A stretch of DNA of 64,000 nt from Octopus vulgaris (GCA_951406725.2 OX597823.1:114700001-114764000); one strand, 5' to 3'; shown: positions 28,500 to 43,432, counted from the stretch's first letter. Made by a program: numbers and translations. The notes: generated by a model from the letters alone, not told the origin.

Positions 28500-28830
28500 T
28501 TATGTGTGTGTATGTGTGTACGTATGTATGTATGTATGTATGTATGTATGTATGTATGTATGTATGTATGTATGTATGTGTGCGTGTGTGTTTTTCCTTG
28601 TGTTTGCGTTCGTTCTCTACCATTCCTTGACAACCGGCCTTAGTGTGTTTACGTCCCCGAAAAAAAAAGCGGTTTGGCAACAAGAGAACCGATAGAATAA
28701 GTGCTAAGGTTAAAATAAAACAACTACTGGGGGGGGGTCGATTCGTTCGTCTTAAATTTTTTTTTCACGGCGGTGCCCCAGCATTGCCGCAGTGTAATGA
28801 CTGAAAAAAGTAAAAAGATAAAAGATAAAA
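28218..28830 (+). mobile_element. SINE family A with expanded internal microsatellite
   Basis: Head 28218-28361, (TA)n/(TATG)n centre, tail 28600-28830. Confidence 0.7.
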
Positions 28831-29486
28831 ATAAAAACAACGTGACATCAACGACTACGACGACGACGGCGGCGCCGCAAACAGTCACATGGGTGAACAA
28901 GAAAACATCTGCATACCGGACCCGCTAGAAATAGCAGCTGAATCTACCCGCAAGTCACACTCAGCTATTTCACAACAGCTCATTTTCGATAACATGATAA
29001 ATATGAAATGTCTGAATGTAACAGAAAGGGAAGGCCATTGTTGGAATCATATATATTTGCTCGACCAGGGAAGACCCTGGGTTAAATGACAACGCTCTTA
29101 TATACATCTGCATATTGTTGGCCACTCGATGTATAGATCGTAAGTGACTACTACTACTCCGGCCAACAATATAAATATTAGATGTATATATTATGTTGTG
29201 TTATTAAAAATTAAACGCGTCTGTGTTATCTTCACCGAAAATGAGTCAGTGCGGACGCTTCGAAGATGTGTGTAGGTCTACCTACGTACGTCTTCACATA
29301 TTATGCAAGCACTAAGGGTATATGTTCTTTGTGTGCGCGCGCGTGTGTGTGTGTGTGTGTGTGTGTTGTATTTGTGTGTGTGTGTATGTTTGCGTGTGTG
29401 AGTTTATATATATATATGTGTGTGTGTGTGCGTGTGTATATATGTATGTATATAAATATATGTGTATGTGTCTGTTTATATATACA

Positions 29487-29524
<38 letters not shown>

Positions 29525-29657
29525 CATAATATATATATATATATATATATATATAACCCATCGACCCTCCCAGGAATATTGAGCGGAGATGGGTGGATTG
29601 ATGTTTATATATATATATAGATGGATGGATGGATGTGTGCATTTGACTACATGTATG

Positions 29658-29696
<39 letters not shown>

Positions 29697-29837
29697 TACT
29701 GGCGAAGGCCTGTTTATAGGGTTACCCTGAGTTCCTTGCCAGAAGGTATATATTCATGGCGTATCAGACTTGTTTCTTTCTTTTTTTGTTTTTCTGAAAA
29801 AGAAACATATATATGTATATTCTTTTATTTTTTTATC

Positions 29838-30088
29838 ATTTTACTTTTTTAGTCATTTGACTTTGGCCATGCTGGGGCACTGCCTTTAGTCGAGCAAATC
29901 GACCCCATGACTTATTCTTCGTAAGCCTAGTACTTATTCTATCAGTATCTTTTGCCGAACCGCTAATTAACGGGGAAATAAACACACCTACTTCAGTCGT
30001 CAAGTGATGCTGGGGGGGGGGATAAACACAGACACACAAATACATACATACATACATGTATATATATGTATATATATATGTGTATGTT

Positions 30089-30119
<31 letters not shown>

Positions 30120-30303
30120 ATGTATGTATGTTTGTATGTGTGTATGTATTATATATGACGGGTTTCCGTCTACCAAATCCACTCACAAGGCTTCGGTCGG
30201 CCCGAGGCTATAGTAGAAGACACTTGTCCGAGGCGCCACCCAGTGGAACTGAACCCGGAGCCATGTGGTTAAGAAGCAACCGCTTTACCACACAGCCACT
30301 CAT
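29838..30303 (-). mobile_element. SINE family A
   Basis: Complete tail, internal microsatellite and head, matching the other copies. Confidence 0.78.
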
Positions 30304-30512
30304 GCATTTATATCTACATGTACGTTAACTTTATACACACGTATAGAGAAAGGGAGGGAGGGAGAGAAGACAGGTAAGCAGACAGACTGGCAGACAGACA
30401 GGCAAACAGACATAATTATATATACAGTTATGCTTATACATCATACATGAATATATACAAATGCATTCTACACACACACACACTCACACACACACACACT
30501 CACTCACACACA

Positions 30513-30607
<95 letters not shown>

Positions 30608-30622
30608 ACACACACACACACA

Positions 30623-30683
<61 letters not shown>

Positions 30684-31368
30684 GTGTATGCACATGCGTG
30701 TATAAACATAAGCAAATCTAGGGAAATCGAGCCTGGTGGTGCTCAGGGTTTGATATAGGGAACCAGGTAACCCACAGACTCCGAATATTAGAAGTGAGTG
30801 GATTCCCATATAAAAACACCAAGAAACCAGTTCCTGGTGTTCAACTAGTTACGTCTACCACCTGAAGCATGCAGTCAGGTGGGTTTGTGTGTGAATAGGT
30901 AACGGTTACGTATGTATGTAAACATGAATGCTTTATACGAATATACTGATAAATAAAGTACCAGTTTCGCACTGAAGTCGATCTTAACGGCTTTATCCCT
31001 TTGTCTGTCCTTGTTTGTCCCCTCTATGTCTAGCCCCTTGTGGGTAGTAAATAAATATATACATGTAACTCTTAATAAACTGGTTGAGGGCCCTTCTTTC
31101 GTTTGTCCACTCACTCGTACATATATATATATGTATGGATATATCATCTTCTATCGGTTTCTGTCATTAGACTGCAGCCATGCTGGGGCAGCGCTTTGAA
31201 TTGTTAGTCAAATGAATCCACCCCAGTATTAATTTTTTAAGCCTGGTACGTTACTATTTTGTTCTTTTGCCGAACCGCTAAATTACGGGGACATAAAGAC
31301 ACCAGCACCGGTTACCAAGCGATGGTGGTGGTCAAACACAGACGAAAACATACACACACACACACATA

Positions 31369-31484
<116 letters not shown>

Positions 31485-31818
31485 CCGCTATATATACAGA
31501 TTATATATATATATATATGCGTATATATGTGTGTATGTTCATCTATCAATATCTCTTTCCCACTCTCTATATATAGGCATACGTGTGTGTGTTTGTGTTT
31601 CTGACCAACACCACCGCTTGATAACCTGTGTTGGTGTGCTTACGTCCCCGTAACCCTAGCGGTTCGGCAAAATGTCCTATATAATAAATACAAAGCTTTA
31701 AAACAAATAATTACTAAGGTCGATACACTCAAGTAAGAATTTTTCAAAACAGTGCTCCAGCATGTCCACAGTCTAATGACTGAAGCAAGTATAAGATAAA
31801 AGATAAAAATGTATATTG

Positions 31819-31897
<79 letters not shown>

Positions 31898-31966
31898 CAC
31901 ACATAAATACATATATATTTGCGCTCATATTTATTTTATATATGCGTGTGTGTGTCTCTCTGTGTT

Positions 31967-32000
<34 letters not shown>

Positions 32001-32001
<1 letters not shown>

Positions 32002-32230
32002 TTCTTTACTGCCCACGAGGGGCTAAACATAGAGGGGACAAACAAGGACAGACAAACGGATTAAGTCGATGACATCGACCCGAGTGCGTAACTGGTACTT
32101 AATTTATCGACCCCGAAAAGATGAAAGGCAAAGTCGACTTCGGCAGAATTTGAACTCAGAACGTATCGACAGAAGAAATACCACTAAGCATTTCGCCCGA
32201 CGTGCTAACGATTCTGCCAGCTCGGTGCCT
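32001..32230 (-). mobile_element. SINE family B monomer
   Basis: Minus strand GGCACCGAGCTGGCAGAATCGTTAG...GCCTTTCATCTTTTCGGGGTCGATAAATTAAGTACCAG...AGTAAAGAAA. Confidence 0.8.
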
Positions 32231-32234
32231 TAGC

Positions 32235-32364
<130 letters not shown>

Positions 32365-32405
32365 GTATATATATGTATATATATGTGTGTGTATATATAT
32401 ATATG

Positions 32406-32529
<124 letters not shown>

Positions 32530-33006
32530 CGCAGGAATGGCTGTGTGGTAGGTAGCTTCTTAGGTGAACCCATAGTCATTCGTGACCGATACAGTCATCT
32601 TTGTAAAATGCTAGAGAAAGAAATCTTGTTTCTTGAAATACATACCAATACATCTAAAACAAAATTTTTTCGAGGGCCCTTAAAATACTATTGCAGATCC
32701 CCAGTTTACTATTTTGATGCGTGGACCCCCAGAATTTTATATGGATCCGGTTGAGAACCCGTGTGTCCTCAAAACATGTATATGTGAAGTAAAATCTTAG
32801 TTTGAGAATTGGATGGCCAATAGGTGTGGTTAGTAGCCTTTTCCTTGAACACTTTTTAACGTAGCCTCATTTCGGAGATTCTTTGTTCTGTACGAAAACC
32901 CAGATGACAATAAGACATTGAACCTTCCAATTCCCACATTACGTCAAGTCGGTGGAGGACAAACAGAGACACAAATACACACACATACATACGTGTTTGT
33001 TTTTGT

Positions 33007-33045
<39 letters not shown>

Positions 33046-33900
33046 TGCGCGTTCGCATGTGTACGACAGAATTCTTAGTTTCCATCTACCAAATCCACTC
33101 ACAAGGCTTTGGTCAGCCCAAAGCTATAGTAAAAGACACTTGCCCACTCTGTCATGCATTGGGAATGAACTTGGAACCATGTGATTAGGAAGCAAACTCC
33201 TTACCATTCAGCCATGCAAGTATTTGAAGCCAGTGCATGTTTTGTTTGAAGTGTATATACTTAGATATACAGGTGCATGCCTCGATGTGCATATGTACTT
33301 ATACGCCAAACTTTTGCAAAGTTCTACATATTTTGGCAGTTCCAATGATGTTATCTGTTATCTTCTAATCAGTTTTCTCCCTTCTGGTTTTGACAACCCT
33401 AGTTCTTCAAAATTGGTGCCAGGTAGTTTTTGTTACAAATCCTATCTCCCCAATAATTGTTATATAAATTTAAACTTTAAATCCGAGTGGAGTGTTTGTA
33501 ATTTGTTCAAATAGTTCAGCGCCAGTGTTTATGTTTTGCTGATCTTTAACAGTCTCCGGGCAACTGGTTTCTGCTAGTTTCTCTTTTATATCCCAAACCA
33601 TTATATTTGGCCTATAATGTTTGCATTTCATTGAAGTTTTCAAAGAGACATTCCACCTACATTACGACACACTATTTATTCTCATATCTTTAGTTCGGGG
33701 TTATCTTTCCGACTGATCTCATTCTACAAGAGTCTTGGCCACAACATTGTATCTCATTGCTGAATAATAACACGATGGTATTTTCGAACGACTGTTTTTG
33801 ATACAGGAGATATTCTCATTGTTAACTCAACAGACAACATAGGTTATCAGATTCTGGTGCTTTTCTTCAGTGTCTTGTTTCATACATATTTATATAGACT

Positions 33901-33932
<32 letters not shown>

Positions 33933-33958
33933 TAGATAGATAGATAGATAAATAGATC

Positions 33959-34044
<86 letters not shown>

Positions 34045-34064
34045 AATATATATATATGTGTATG

Positions 34065-34144
<80 letters not shown>

Positions 34145-34184
34145 ATACAATTCAGACTCACAAAACATAAAATTCACTGCATCA

Positions 34185-34435
34185 CAATTTCTTTTCCTCA
34201 AAAGGCCCTGTTGCATTTAACATTATCTCAAAACAAGTCAAAGAAAAACAATAAAGATTCCATCACCTTCAAACGAAATTTGGACAAATTGCTTCAAGGG
34301 ATACCAGGTAAGCTACCTATACCTGGATACATCTAAGTCAACAACAACTCCCTGCTTGAATGGGTCATGGTACCACAGACTTGACTTAGAAATGATTGAA
34401 CAGATCTTATCAGGTGAGGCCAATCTTTGGCCGAA
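34185..34435 (+). pseudogene. 3' end of a CR1/L2-group LINE
   Basis: Translates to KGPVAFNII...FKRNLDKLLQGIP...NNNSLLEW, like the CR1-group ORF2 C-terminus (GP.LFN.LP / FK..LD..L..IPD). Confidence 0.6.
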
Positions 34436-34462
34436 ATGCATATATACATAAGTTTTCTTCAC

Positions 34463-34504
34463 AACTGCCCGACGAACGGGAACGTGAAACTCTGAGTAAT
34501 AGTT
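34463..34504 (+). ncRNA. Hammerhead-like motif (decayed, CCGACGA), same family as 40406-40443
   Basis: aactgc CCGACGA acg-ggaa-cgt GAAA ctctgag TA atagtt; the downstream tail is homologous to 40445-40550. Confidence 0.55.
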
Positions 34505-34604
34505 CTGTGATAATTTTGCAGGTTTAGTAAAAAGTATATTACTCTTCCTTTGATATTCGAGTACTATTTTCTTCCACCTTGTTTTGCACTCATGTGCTCA
34601 TCTG

Positions 34605-34647
<43 letters not shown>

Positions 34648-34751
34648 ATAGAAATGTTAGTAAGACAACAAAAGAATGAAAGAGACTTCGATATTATAAA
34701 TTTTGTAAAAATTATGTAAATGTAATGTGTGACGATTATTCGGTAGCCATG

Positions 34752-34810
34752 ATAAAACTCTGAGTTTCGGATGTTGGGGCGGAAATCCGCGCCGCCATCT
34801 CTTCAGTTAT
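34752..34810 (-). ncRNA. Type I hammerhead ribozyme motif with extended stem II
   Basis: Minus strand reads ataa CTGAAGA gatg-gcggcgcggatttccgccccaa-catc c GAAA ctcagag TT ttat; stem I ataa/ttat. Confidence 0.7.
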
Positions 34811-35355
34811 CCGGCAAGTGTTAAGGAACGAAGTAGATAAGGCTGCGTATGTTTCATAAAAGAGCGGAACCTCAGAAGCGGTAAATATCCGAGCGAGGTG
34901 TATCTACTCTGTTCCTTAACTTTTGGATTATTATTATTATTCGCACACCCAGTGACCCCAGTCGTCTACCGTGAAATACAAAAAAGAAATTCTGTTTATC
35001 GTACTTCGATATGAAAAAAATCCTTAAACTTCCGTCTCAATAAACCACTATTGTCCCTGAAAGGTGTTTTTATATTTACTACAGAATGCTTGAAGCTAAT
35101 TTTATTCCTACACTTCGATCTCTGGATCTTCTATGTATGTATGTATGTATGTATGTATGTATGTATGTATGTATGTATGTATGTATGTATGTATGTATGT
35201 ATGTATGTATGTATTTATGTATGTATGTATGTATGTATGTATGTATGTATGTATTTATGTATGTATGTATGTATGTATGTATGTATGTATGAATGTATGT
35301 ATGTATGTATGAATGTATGTATGTATTTATGTATGTATGAATGTATGTATGTATG

Positions 35356-35396
<41 letters not shown>

Positions 35397-35399
<3 letters not shown>

Positions 35400-35430
35400 T
35401 CCGACGAAGAGCTCCGCTCGAAACGTTAAG
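35397..35430 (+). ncRNA. Minimal hammerhead-like motif (decayed copy of 36203-36237)
   Basis: gttt CCGACGA a gagc-tcc-gctc GAAA cg TT aag, in a short (TA)n-flanked module at 35395-35530. Confidence 0.55.
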
Positions 35431-35533
35431 CCCTCCTTCTTCCCTTCTTTCCTGAGCGTCCAATAACACTTTATATGTCCCACGTCCTCGCGTTGCTGTG
35501 TTTTTTTGTGTTTTCTTGTTTGGATTAACTTTA

Positions 35534-35707
<174 letters not shown>

Positions 35708-35735
35708 ATATATATATATATATATATACACGCGT

Positions 35736-35953
35736 GAGGGGGTGCTGAAAAGTTCTGGGTTTTGTGTTAAAGAAAATACAGGAGGATCAGTTAATTATAA
35801 CTTTATTCAACATATTCCCTTTTCAGATTCACACACTTATTGCAGTAGTCCATCAGTTTTTCTAAGTACTGTTAAAGAACTGGGAACGTTGGATCTCCAG
35901 CCTGGCCTTTCGCGACACCCTCAAAGCGAGGAACTTTCCAACACCCCTTCGTA
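35736..35953. mobile_element. Mariner-derived MITE (second copy, opposite orientation, ~60988-61203)
   Basis: TIRs gagggggtgctgaaaagttc / gaactttccaacaccccttcgTA. The 61 kb copy encodes VNLRGEYVE*, like a mariner transposase C-terminus. Confidence 0.75.
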
Positions 35954-36030
35954 TGTAAGTATCGTCTGTGCGTTTTTTTGTCGTCTTCTAAATGTTTCAC
36001 GTTCTTGTCCCAGTTTGTGTTTTTTTTAAC

Positions 36031-36105
<75 letters not shown>

Positions 36106-36202
36106 ATTCAAACATGAAAACACAATGAGAAAACACAGCAACGCGAGGACGTGGAACAAATATAGTATTATCGGACGCTCAGGAAGGAAGGGAAGAAGGA
36201 GG

Positions 36203-36237
36203 GTTTTACGTTTCGAGCGGAGCTCTTCGTCAGAAAC
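36203..36237 (-). ncRNA. Canonical minimal type I hammerhead ribozyme
   Basis: Minus strand reads gttt CTGACGA a gagc-tcc-gctc GAAA cg TA aaac. Perfect stem I (gttt/aaac), stem II, palindromic ACGT stem III and a GUA cleavage triplet. Confidence 0.8.
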
Positions 36238-36316
36238 ATAGGAGAAGGAAAGATCCACAGAAGGGAATACAGAGGAAAAAAAATCGCCAACGGTACACAC
36301 GCGGTCACACACACAC

Positions 36317-36396
<80 letters not shown>

Positions 36397-36515
36397 ATGT
36401 ATATGGCCTGCTCACTTTGCCAGCGGGGTGGCGTCATTCGAAGGCTAAAACAATGCGAACGCATTGTGACCAGCGATGTGTAACTACATCTGATGGACTG
36501 GTCGGTCACGTGATT

Positions 36516-36558
<43 letters not shown>

Positions 36559-37945
36559 GAGCAAAACGCCCCCTGTCCAATGGACAGTGCTGAGTTGGCA
36601 AACATTTAAACCAAATTTTCTCTAAACAACGTGTCCGACCCTCCCATAGGCTTCCCCTTTGAGAAACACTGATTTAACCTAAATTTGAGACACCAGCAAA
36701 AGAAGAAATAAAGATAGACTTTTTTTCTATTCCAAAGGAAAACGATTTTATTTACACAAATATGCAACCGAAGAGTTTAAAGTACCAGTAATGATTAGGC
36801 TGTTGACTGGGAGAACACAAACATGGTTCAAACAGTAAGCTTGGCAGGAAAGAAACTTGCCTTTAAGCAGTACAAAAACAAAAAAAAATGGAAGGTGCAG
36901 TTATGTACAGGTTGACGGAAGAAAAGCAAGACAAAAACGGCTTTATTGATCACATTCCTACCTGGAATTGAATTTTGTAATTTTTTCAAGATTTATACAC
37001 GCCCTGATACCGTCGGTGTCTACTTATCAAATTTGAGCGCAATTGGATGGAGGATGCCCGAGATCTGAGAAGACACACACATAGACAGACAGACATCGTC
37101 TGTGGTATACTCAGCCATTTACACACTAATTCAATGAGCAGGTAGGACAGTTGATCGAACTGAATCACCAACGTCGAAACCGACGGAAAACCATCCATTT
37201 GTGTGCTTGTGTGTGTCTGTATGTGTCTGTGTATGGGCTACGCGTGCACATGTTCATGTGTGTGTATGTGTTAGTGTTTGTGTGTGTGTGTGTGTGTGTG
37301 TGCTTACATTTACGTTGTGGGTGGCTGTCCGTATTTTTCCGTCCAAGATTTCTTTTTGTATTTTACCCATTATATGAGCTATTATTTATAGCACCCAAGC
37401 AATTTCGTAAACGAGAGAAAGAGATTTACTAATGTGTATGTGCTTGTGTGTGTGTGTGGTTAGACAGAGAGAGAGAGAGAGAGTGGGGTGAGAGAGCGCG
37501 AAATTGATAGTATGGAGGAGGTATCCGTTTGCATCCTATATATAGAGATATATATAATATTTAACTCGTCTAGGGTAGGTAGATTGTTAGAATAGCTGGA
37601 GTCTGACAAAAGTGAGGCATTTAATTACGGTTCCTTACATTTCGAGTTCAACTCACGCCGGGGTCAACTTTGCCTTTCATATTTCCGGTGTCGAAACAAA
37701 AGTACATCTGAAGAACAACGATTCGATTACAAATTAACCTCATCTATCAAAGATTTAATGAATTCTACCCACCCACAAACATTTAACAAGTTCTACTCTG
37801 AATTTAAGGTTTTATGTCGATGGATAATTAGGTCATGTTTATAAAATTTTGAGTTCTTATTCATCGCTCAGATCAGTGCCGTATGAAAGCTAGTTGACCC
37901 TTACACGCACCATAATCATAATGTTCCTCCTATATATATTCTTAC

Positions 37946-37994
<49 letters not shown>

Positions 37995-38032
37995 CAACAA
38001 CAACAATATTAATAATAATAATTATTATTATT

Positions 38033-38624
38033 ATTTCTTTACTGCCCACAAGGGGCTAAACATAGAGGGGACAAACAAGGACAGACAAATGGATTAAGTG
38101 GATTACATCGACCCCAGTGCGAAACTGGTACTTTATTCATCGACCCCGAAAGGATGAAAGGCAAAGTCGACCTCGGTGGAATTTGAACTCAGAACGGAAC
38201 GGCAGACGAAATACCTATTTCTTTATTACCCACAAGGGTCTAAACATAGTGGGGACAAACAAGGACAGACAAAGGGATTATGTAGATTACATCGACCCCA
38301 GTGCGAAACTGGTGCTTTATTTATCAACCCCGAAAGGATGAAAGGCAAAGTCGACCTCGGCGGAATTTGAACTCAGAACGGAGCGGCAGACGAAATACCT
38401 ATTTCTTATCTGCCCACAAGGGGCTAAACATAGTGGGGACAAACAAGGACAGACAAAGGGATTAAGTCGATTAGATCGACCCCAGTGCGAAACTGGTACT
38501 TAATTTATCGACCCCGAAAGGATGAAAGGCAAAGTCGACCTCGGCGGAATTTGAACTCAGAACGTAGCGGCAGACGAAATACAGCTAAGAATTTCACCCG
38601 GCGTGCTAACGTTTCTGCCAGCTC
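38033..38624 (-). mobile_element. SINE family B trimer
   Basis: Three ~183 bp units; the A-box head is on the first unit only; adjacent (AAT)n. Confidence 0.85.
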
Positions 38625-38821
38625 AATAATAATAATGATAAGTCTTTCTACTCTGTGCACAAGGTCAGAGATTTGGGAGCATGATGCTTGCTGATTACAT
38701 TGCTGCCAGAGTTCAATAGGGATTTATATTGTATTGCCACCGAAAGGACGAAAAGGTAGAGTCGACTTGGATGGGAGATTGAAGCCAGAACGTGAAGATG
38801 GACGAAATAGCGCTAAGTATT

Positions 38822-39161
38822 TAAGAAGAAGAAGAAGAACAACAAGAAGAAACAGGAGGAGGAGGAGAAGGAGGAGGAGAAGAAGAAGAAGAAGGAGAAG
38901 AAGAAGAAGAAGAAGAAGCAGAAGAAGAAGAAGAAGAAGAGGAAGAGGCGGTGGCGGAGGAGAAGAAGAAGAAGAAGAAATAGGAGGAGGAGGAGGAGAA
39001 GGAGGAGGAGGAGAAGAAGAGGAAGAGGCGGTGGCGGAGGAGAAGAAGAAGAAGAAGAAGAAATAGGAGGAGGAGGAGAAGGAGGAGGAGAAGAAGAAGA
39101 AGAAGAAGAAGAAGAAGAAGAAGGAGGAGGAGGAGGAGGAGGAGAAGGGGGAGAAGGAGGA

Positions 39162-39192
<31 letters not shown>

Positions 39193-39581
39193 AAGAAGAA
39201 GAAGAAGGAGGAGGAGAAGGAGGAGGAGGAGAAGGAGAAGGAGAAGAAGAAGAAGAAGAAGAAGAAGAAGAAGAAGAAGGAGGAGGAGGAGGAGGAGGAG
39301 AAGGGGGAGAAGGAGGATAAGAAGAAGAAGAAGAAGAAGAAGAAGGAGGAGGAGAAGGAGGAGGAGGAGAAGGAGAAGGAGAAGGAGAAGAAGAAGAAGA
39401 AGAAGAAGAAGAAATAGAAGAAAAAGATATAGAAGAAGAACAAGAACAAGAACAAGAACAAGAAGAGCTAGAAGAAGGAGGTGGAGGAGGAGGAGAAGAA
39501 GAAATAGAAGAAGAAGAAATAGAAGAAGAAGAAGAAGAAGAAGAAGAAGAAGAAGAAGAAGAAGAAGAAGAAGAAGAAGAA
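38822..39581. repeat. ~760 bp polypurine (GAA/GGA)n tract
   Basis: Almost exclusively A/G on the plus strand, with internal higher-order duplications. Confidence 0.95.
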
Positions 39582-40319
39582 TCCTATATTCATTGCCCAC
39601 AAATGGCAAAAAAAAGCATATTGAGGTCAATACAAAGACAAAATGTCCGTCGGGATTTACATTTACATAAGTAAACAATAAAACAATAACAACTTACAAA
39701 AAAAAATGTATTTTCGATAAACAAATTCCCCGGATTGGGTGGAATGGGCAACCGAAGGACCAAGACGGTGTTCCGGGCTAAAAGTGTAATAGCAGACAAA
39801 AAACATTCAGCTTTCTTCTAATCCAACGCCAAAACTACAAAACGATAATCACAAACTTTTTTGATTATGTGTGTTTTTTTAAATCTAATTTTCCATTAAA
39901 TAACGATTATGACATTAGCACCATCATATATCTTGTAATGTGGGGTCCCTTGCCTTTCCTTGGTGCTCTAAGAAGTGGATGAGGGTTAATCGAGCTCTGA
40001 TCTGGTTTCACAGGATTTCATATATTTATCTACCAGTAATATACGTGGTTATCTATTTAAAATGTAGTCCAGAAACCTGAAGTATCTTCCCAAATTTAAT
40101 TAGATATTGGTTATTGTGCGTGCGTGTGTGTGTGTGCATGCGTTTGTGTGTGTGTGTGTGTGCGTGTGTGGAATGCGTAGGATTAAGAGACTTGCTTTGT
40201 AACCACAGCATCTTCGGCAAGTTTCTTCAGCTATAAGGTCGGGCTGACCAATACCCTTTGAGTAAATACGGTAGTCAGACATTGTGAAAGTCATATATAT
40301 ATATAGAGAGAGACAGATA

Positions 40320-40476
40320 CTTTATTTAAAGCAGCAGAAAATTCAACAAAATCTGTTACTCTGAGTTTCTCGTTGCCGTTCACCAGACAGTTTTTGTTAG
40401 AAAAACTGTCTGATGAACGGCAACGAGAAACTCAGAGTAACAGATTTTGTTGAATTTTCTGCTGCTTTAAATAAAG
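40320..40476. repeat. Near-perfect 76-bp-arm palindrome (5-nt spacer) containing two hammerheads
   Basis: 40320-40395 is the reverse complement of 40401-40476, with one mismatch in the CTGATGA box. Confidence 0.92.
40406..40443 (+). ncRNA. Type I hammerhead ribozyme motif
   Basis: ctgt CTGATGA acg-gcaa-cga GAAA ctcagag TA acag; stem I ctgt/acag, GUA triplet, AATAAA ~25 nt downstream. Confidence 0.75.
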
Positions 40477-40551
40477 CATATTACTCTACCACTGGTATTC
40501 GAGTACTCTTTTTTTCCACCTTGTTTCACATTTATGTATTTACTCCGGTAT

Positions 40552-40606
<55 letters not shown>

Positions 40607-40979
40607 TAGATATAGATATGTTTTCGTGTCTATGTGTGTGTGAGAGAGAGAGAGAGAGAAGGAGAAGGAGAGAGAGAGTGTGTGTTTGGGGGGGTGAAGT
40701 TAAGTAAATGGCAGGGGAGTAAGAAGTTATGCTATGAACTTAATTAGCTTACCGCTGTTTCTTCTATAATTATACACAAGCAATCAAGTTTGAGTACGTT
40801 GTACCGTGCAGCAGAAACAGCTATAAGCTACTGAAGTTCATTCCATTATTTCCTACTCATCTACCACTTACTCAATCTATATTATGCTCTGTACTCGTTT
40901 AGCGCTATCTATCTGTCTATGTATCTACCTATCTACCTATCTATCTGTCTATTTATCTATCTATCTGTGTGTATATATA

Positions 40980-41026
<47 letters not shown>

Positions 41027-41494
41027 TAATAAATAAAATACATGCATACATACAAACATATATGTACGTACCTACATCATGTATATATACATGCATATAT
41101 AAATATATATACGTGTGTACAGGACACCACAAATAGACGTAGAACTCAACAAGAAACGAAAACGTAAAAACAGCATGGAACGGACCATTTTTTTAACAAC
41201 GAAAAAAACAGAGTACAAGACAACTACACAAGGAAAAATCCCCTTCATCAGCTGTCCCTAGTTCAACTCCAGCGTGTTTCGAAGGTGATAATTATAAACA
41301 AGGGCAAAAGAAAAAAAATGACTATACCAATATGCAGAGAATAGACTTTAAGTCGTCAGTCACCGCATTACAATATACATTCACCATGAATACACGTCGT
41401 GCTGAAATCGAAGAAAGCAAGCTAACAGAATTTTTTTGCTGCTACTTTGATGAAATTTTTGGTGGGAAGAAAATTTTATCCTATATTAGAAGTG

Positions 41495-41542
<48 letters not shown>

Positions 41543-41619
41543 TTGAGTTGTGGGGTATCGCACGAGTGGGATTATATAAGAAAAAAGGTTTGAAAATGCA
41601 ATTAAAACGATGTTTATTT

Positions 41620-41660
41620 ACTTAACCGGTTTCACTCTTTGGTAAAAGATTGTCAAAAGT
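41620..41660 (-). ncRNA. PLE pLTR hammerhead (U3-A8 variant), inverted copy
   Basis: Reverse complement of 44303-44343. Confidence 0.7.
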
Positions 41661-41684
41661 TACATTTAAGGAAACATTGAATAA

Positions 41685-41905
41685 TATGGGTTCAAAAAAA
41701 GTTTTTTACATAATTGTCACATTGAATATTATGCATTCAAAAAGGTTTTTTACATAATTGTCACATTGGATATTATGGGTTCAAAAAAAGTTTTTTACAT
41801 AATTGTCACATTGAATATTATGCATTCAAAAAAGTTTTTTACATAATTGTCACATTGGATATTATGAATTCAAGAATGTTTTTTTATACATAATTGTCAC
41901 ATTAT
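41685..41905. repeat. ~43-bp tandem repeat inside the pLTR (also 44195-44290 and 50025-50252)
   Basis: Unit tacataattgtcacattg(a/g)atattatg(ca/gg)ttcaaaaaagtttttt, about 5 copies. Confidence 0.9.
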
Positions 41906-43387
41906 TTGGGAAAATTTGGCAGAAAAGGATAAAACAAATATATTATTGGGAATTGGTTGCGTTAATTATTGGTTGTCGCAAATTGTCACATTACATGTAT
42001 ATATATACAATCTTTGGTATATATATACAGCGTTTTGACAGCAAAAATTAAAATGGATTTTTTGTCCATCTCAGAATATTTTAAGTATGTTTTTACTGAC
42101 CTGTTAGTATTAGCAGAAAGGCTGAACTGAGAGAACAGAAGTAGCCAATGTGGTGTATACTTCCCCTTTATGCATGAATGATTTTGGGGTTATCAGGAGG
42201 TTAGTATGCGGGTGTGAATAGATGTGTCCGTGCCTGCTGGTCAGACAGCGTCTGTTTGTCACACACATATATATACACACAAACACACACACACACAACA
42301 ACACACACACACACACACATAGTATACAAACACAAACCACATACAGACAACACACACACACACAGAACACACACACCCACACACAACGCACCCACATATA
42401 TCACATATATACACAGCACACAAATATAACATGTATCTATATATAATATACACAGATATATAACACACATACACACACACACACACAACACACGCACACA
42501 TACATACATAATATAAATATCACACAAATACACCTAGCATATATATATACACACATACAATACACACATACAGCATGTAAGTAATATACATACACAATAT
42601 ATGCATGCAATATACATACGCAATACATACATACAATATATATATATATAGACAATGCATATACATATATACACATATACATATAAATAGTGTTTACATA
42701 CACATACATAGATGTACCACATATACACACAACACACATACATACAATGCATACACATACATATAATATATATATACACACACACACACATACATACATG
42801 CACACACAATGCATACATATATATACATATATACACATGCACACACACACATATATACAGTACACATACACACAAATATATACACTTAATTGTACACGTA
42901 CATATACAATACACATACACATGTATATATACAATGCATATACATGTATTCATGCACATATAGCACACCTACAATATACATATATACAGTGCACACATAC
43001 ACACAAATATATACACTTAATTGTACACGTACATATACAATACACATACATACAATATACATATATACAATGCGCATGCAAATAATGTACATGTTTATAC
43101 ACACATAAACATGCAAATAAATATACACACACACACACATACACACACACACATATATATACACATATATATATATATATATACACACATACATACATAC
43201 ATACATGCACATACATATATTTTTTCACACACATACACACACACATATATATATAAAAAATTCACCACCCCCCACACACACAAATTACAAACCTATAGCG
43301 TACACACTCAAATATATCTCTACATGCCGCACATACACACAAACAAAGTACTAACATATACACACATACCATGCATATACACACACA

Positions 43388-43432
<45 letters not shown>

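Noticed and set aside
41238-41285. GAAA...CTGATGA arrangement on the minus strand (possible permuted hammerhead); similar weak motifs at ~21041-21120, ~50465-50495 and ~52420-52452
   Set aside because: Stems or cleavage triplet could not be completed convincingly; probably decayed pLTR remnants.
41685-41905. CRISPR-like regularly spaced repeats
   Set aside because: Contiguous tandem units without unique spacers, inside a eukaryotic retroelement pLTR; no cas genes.
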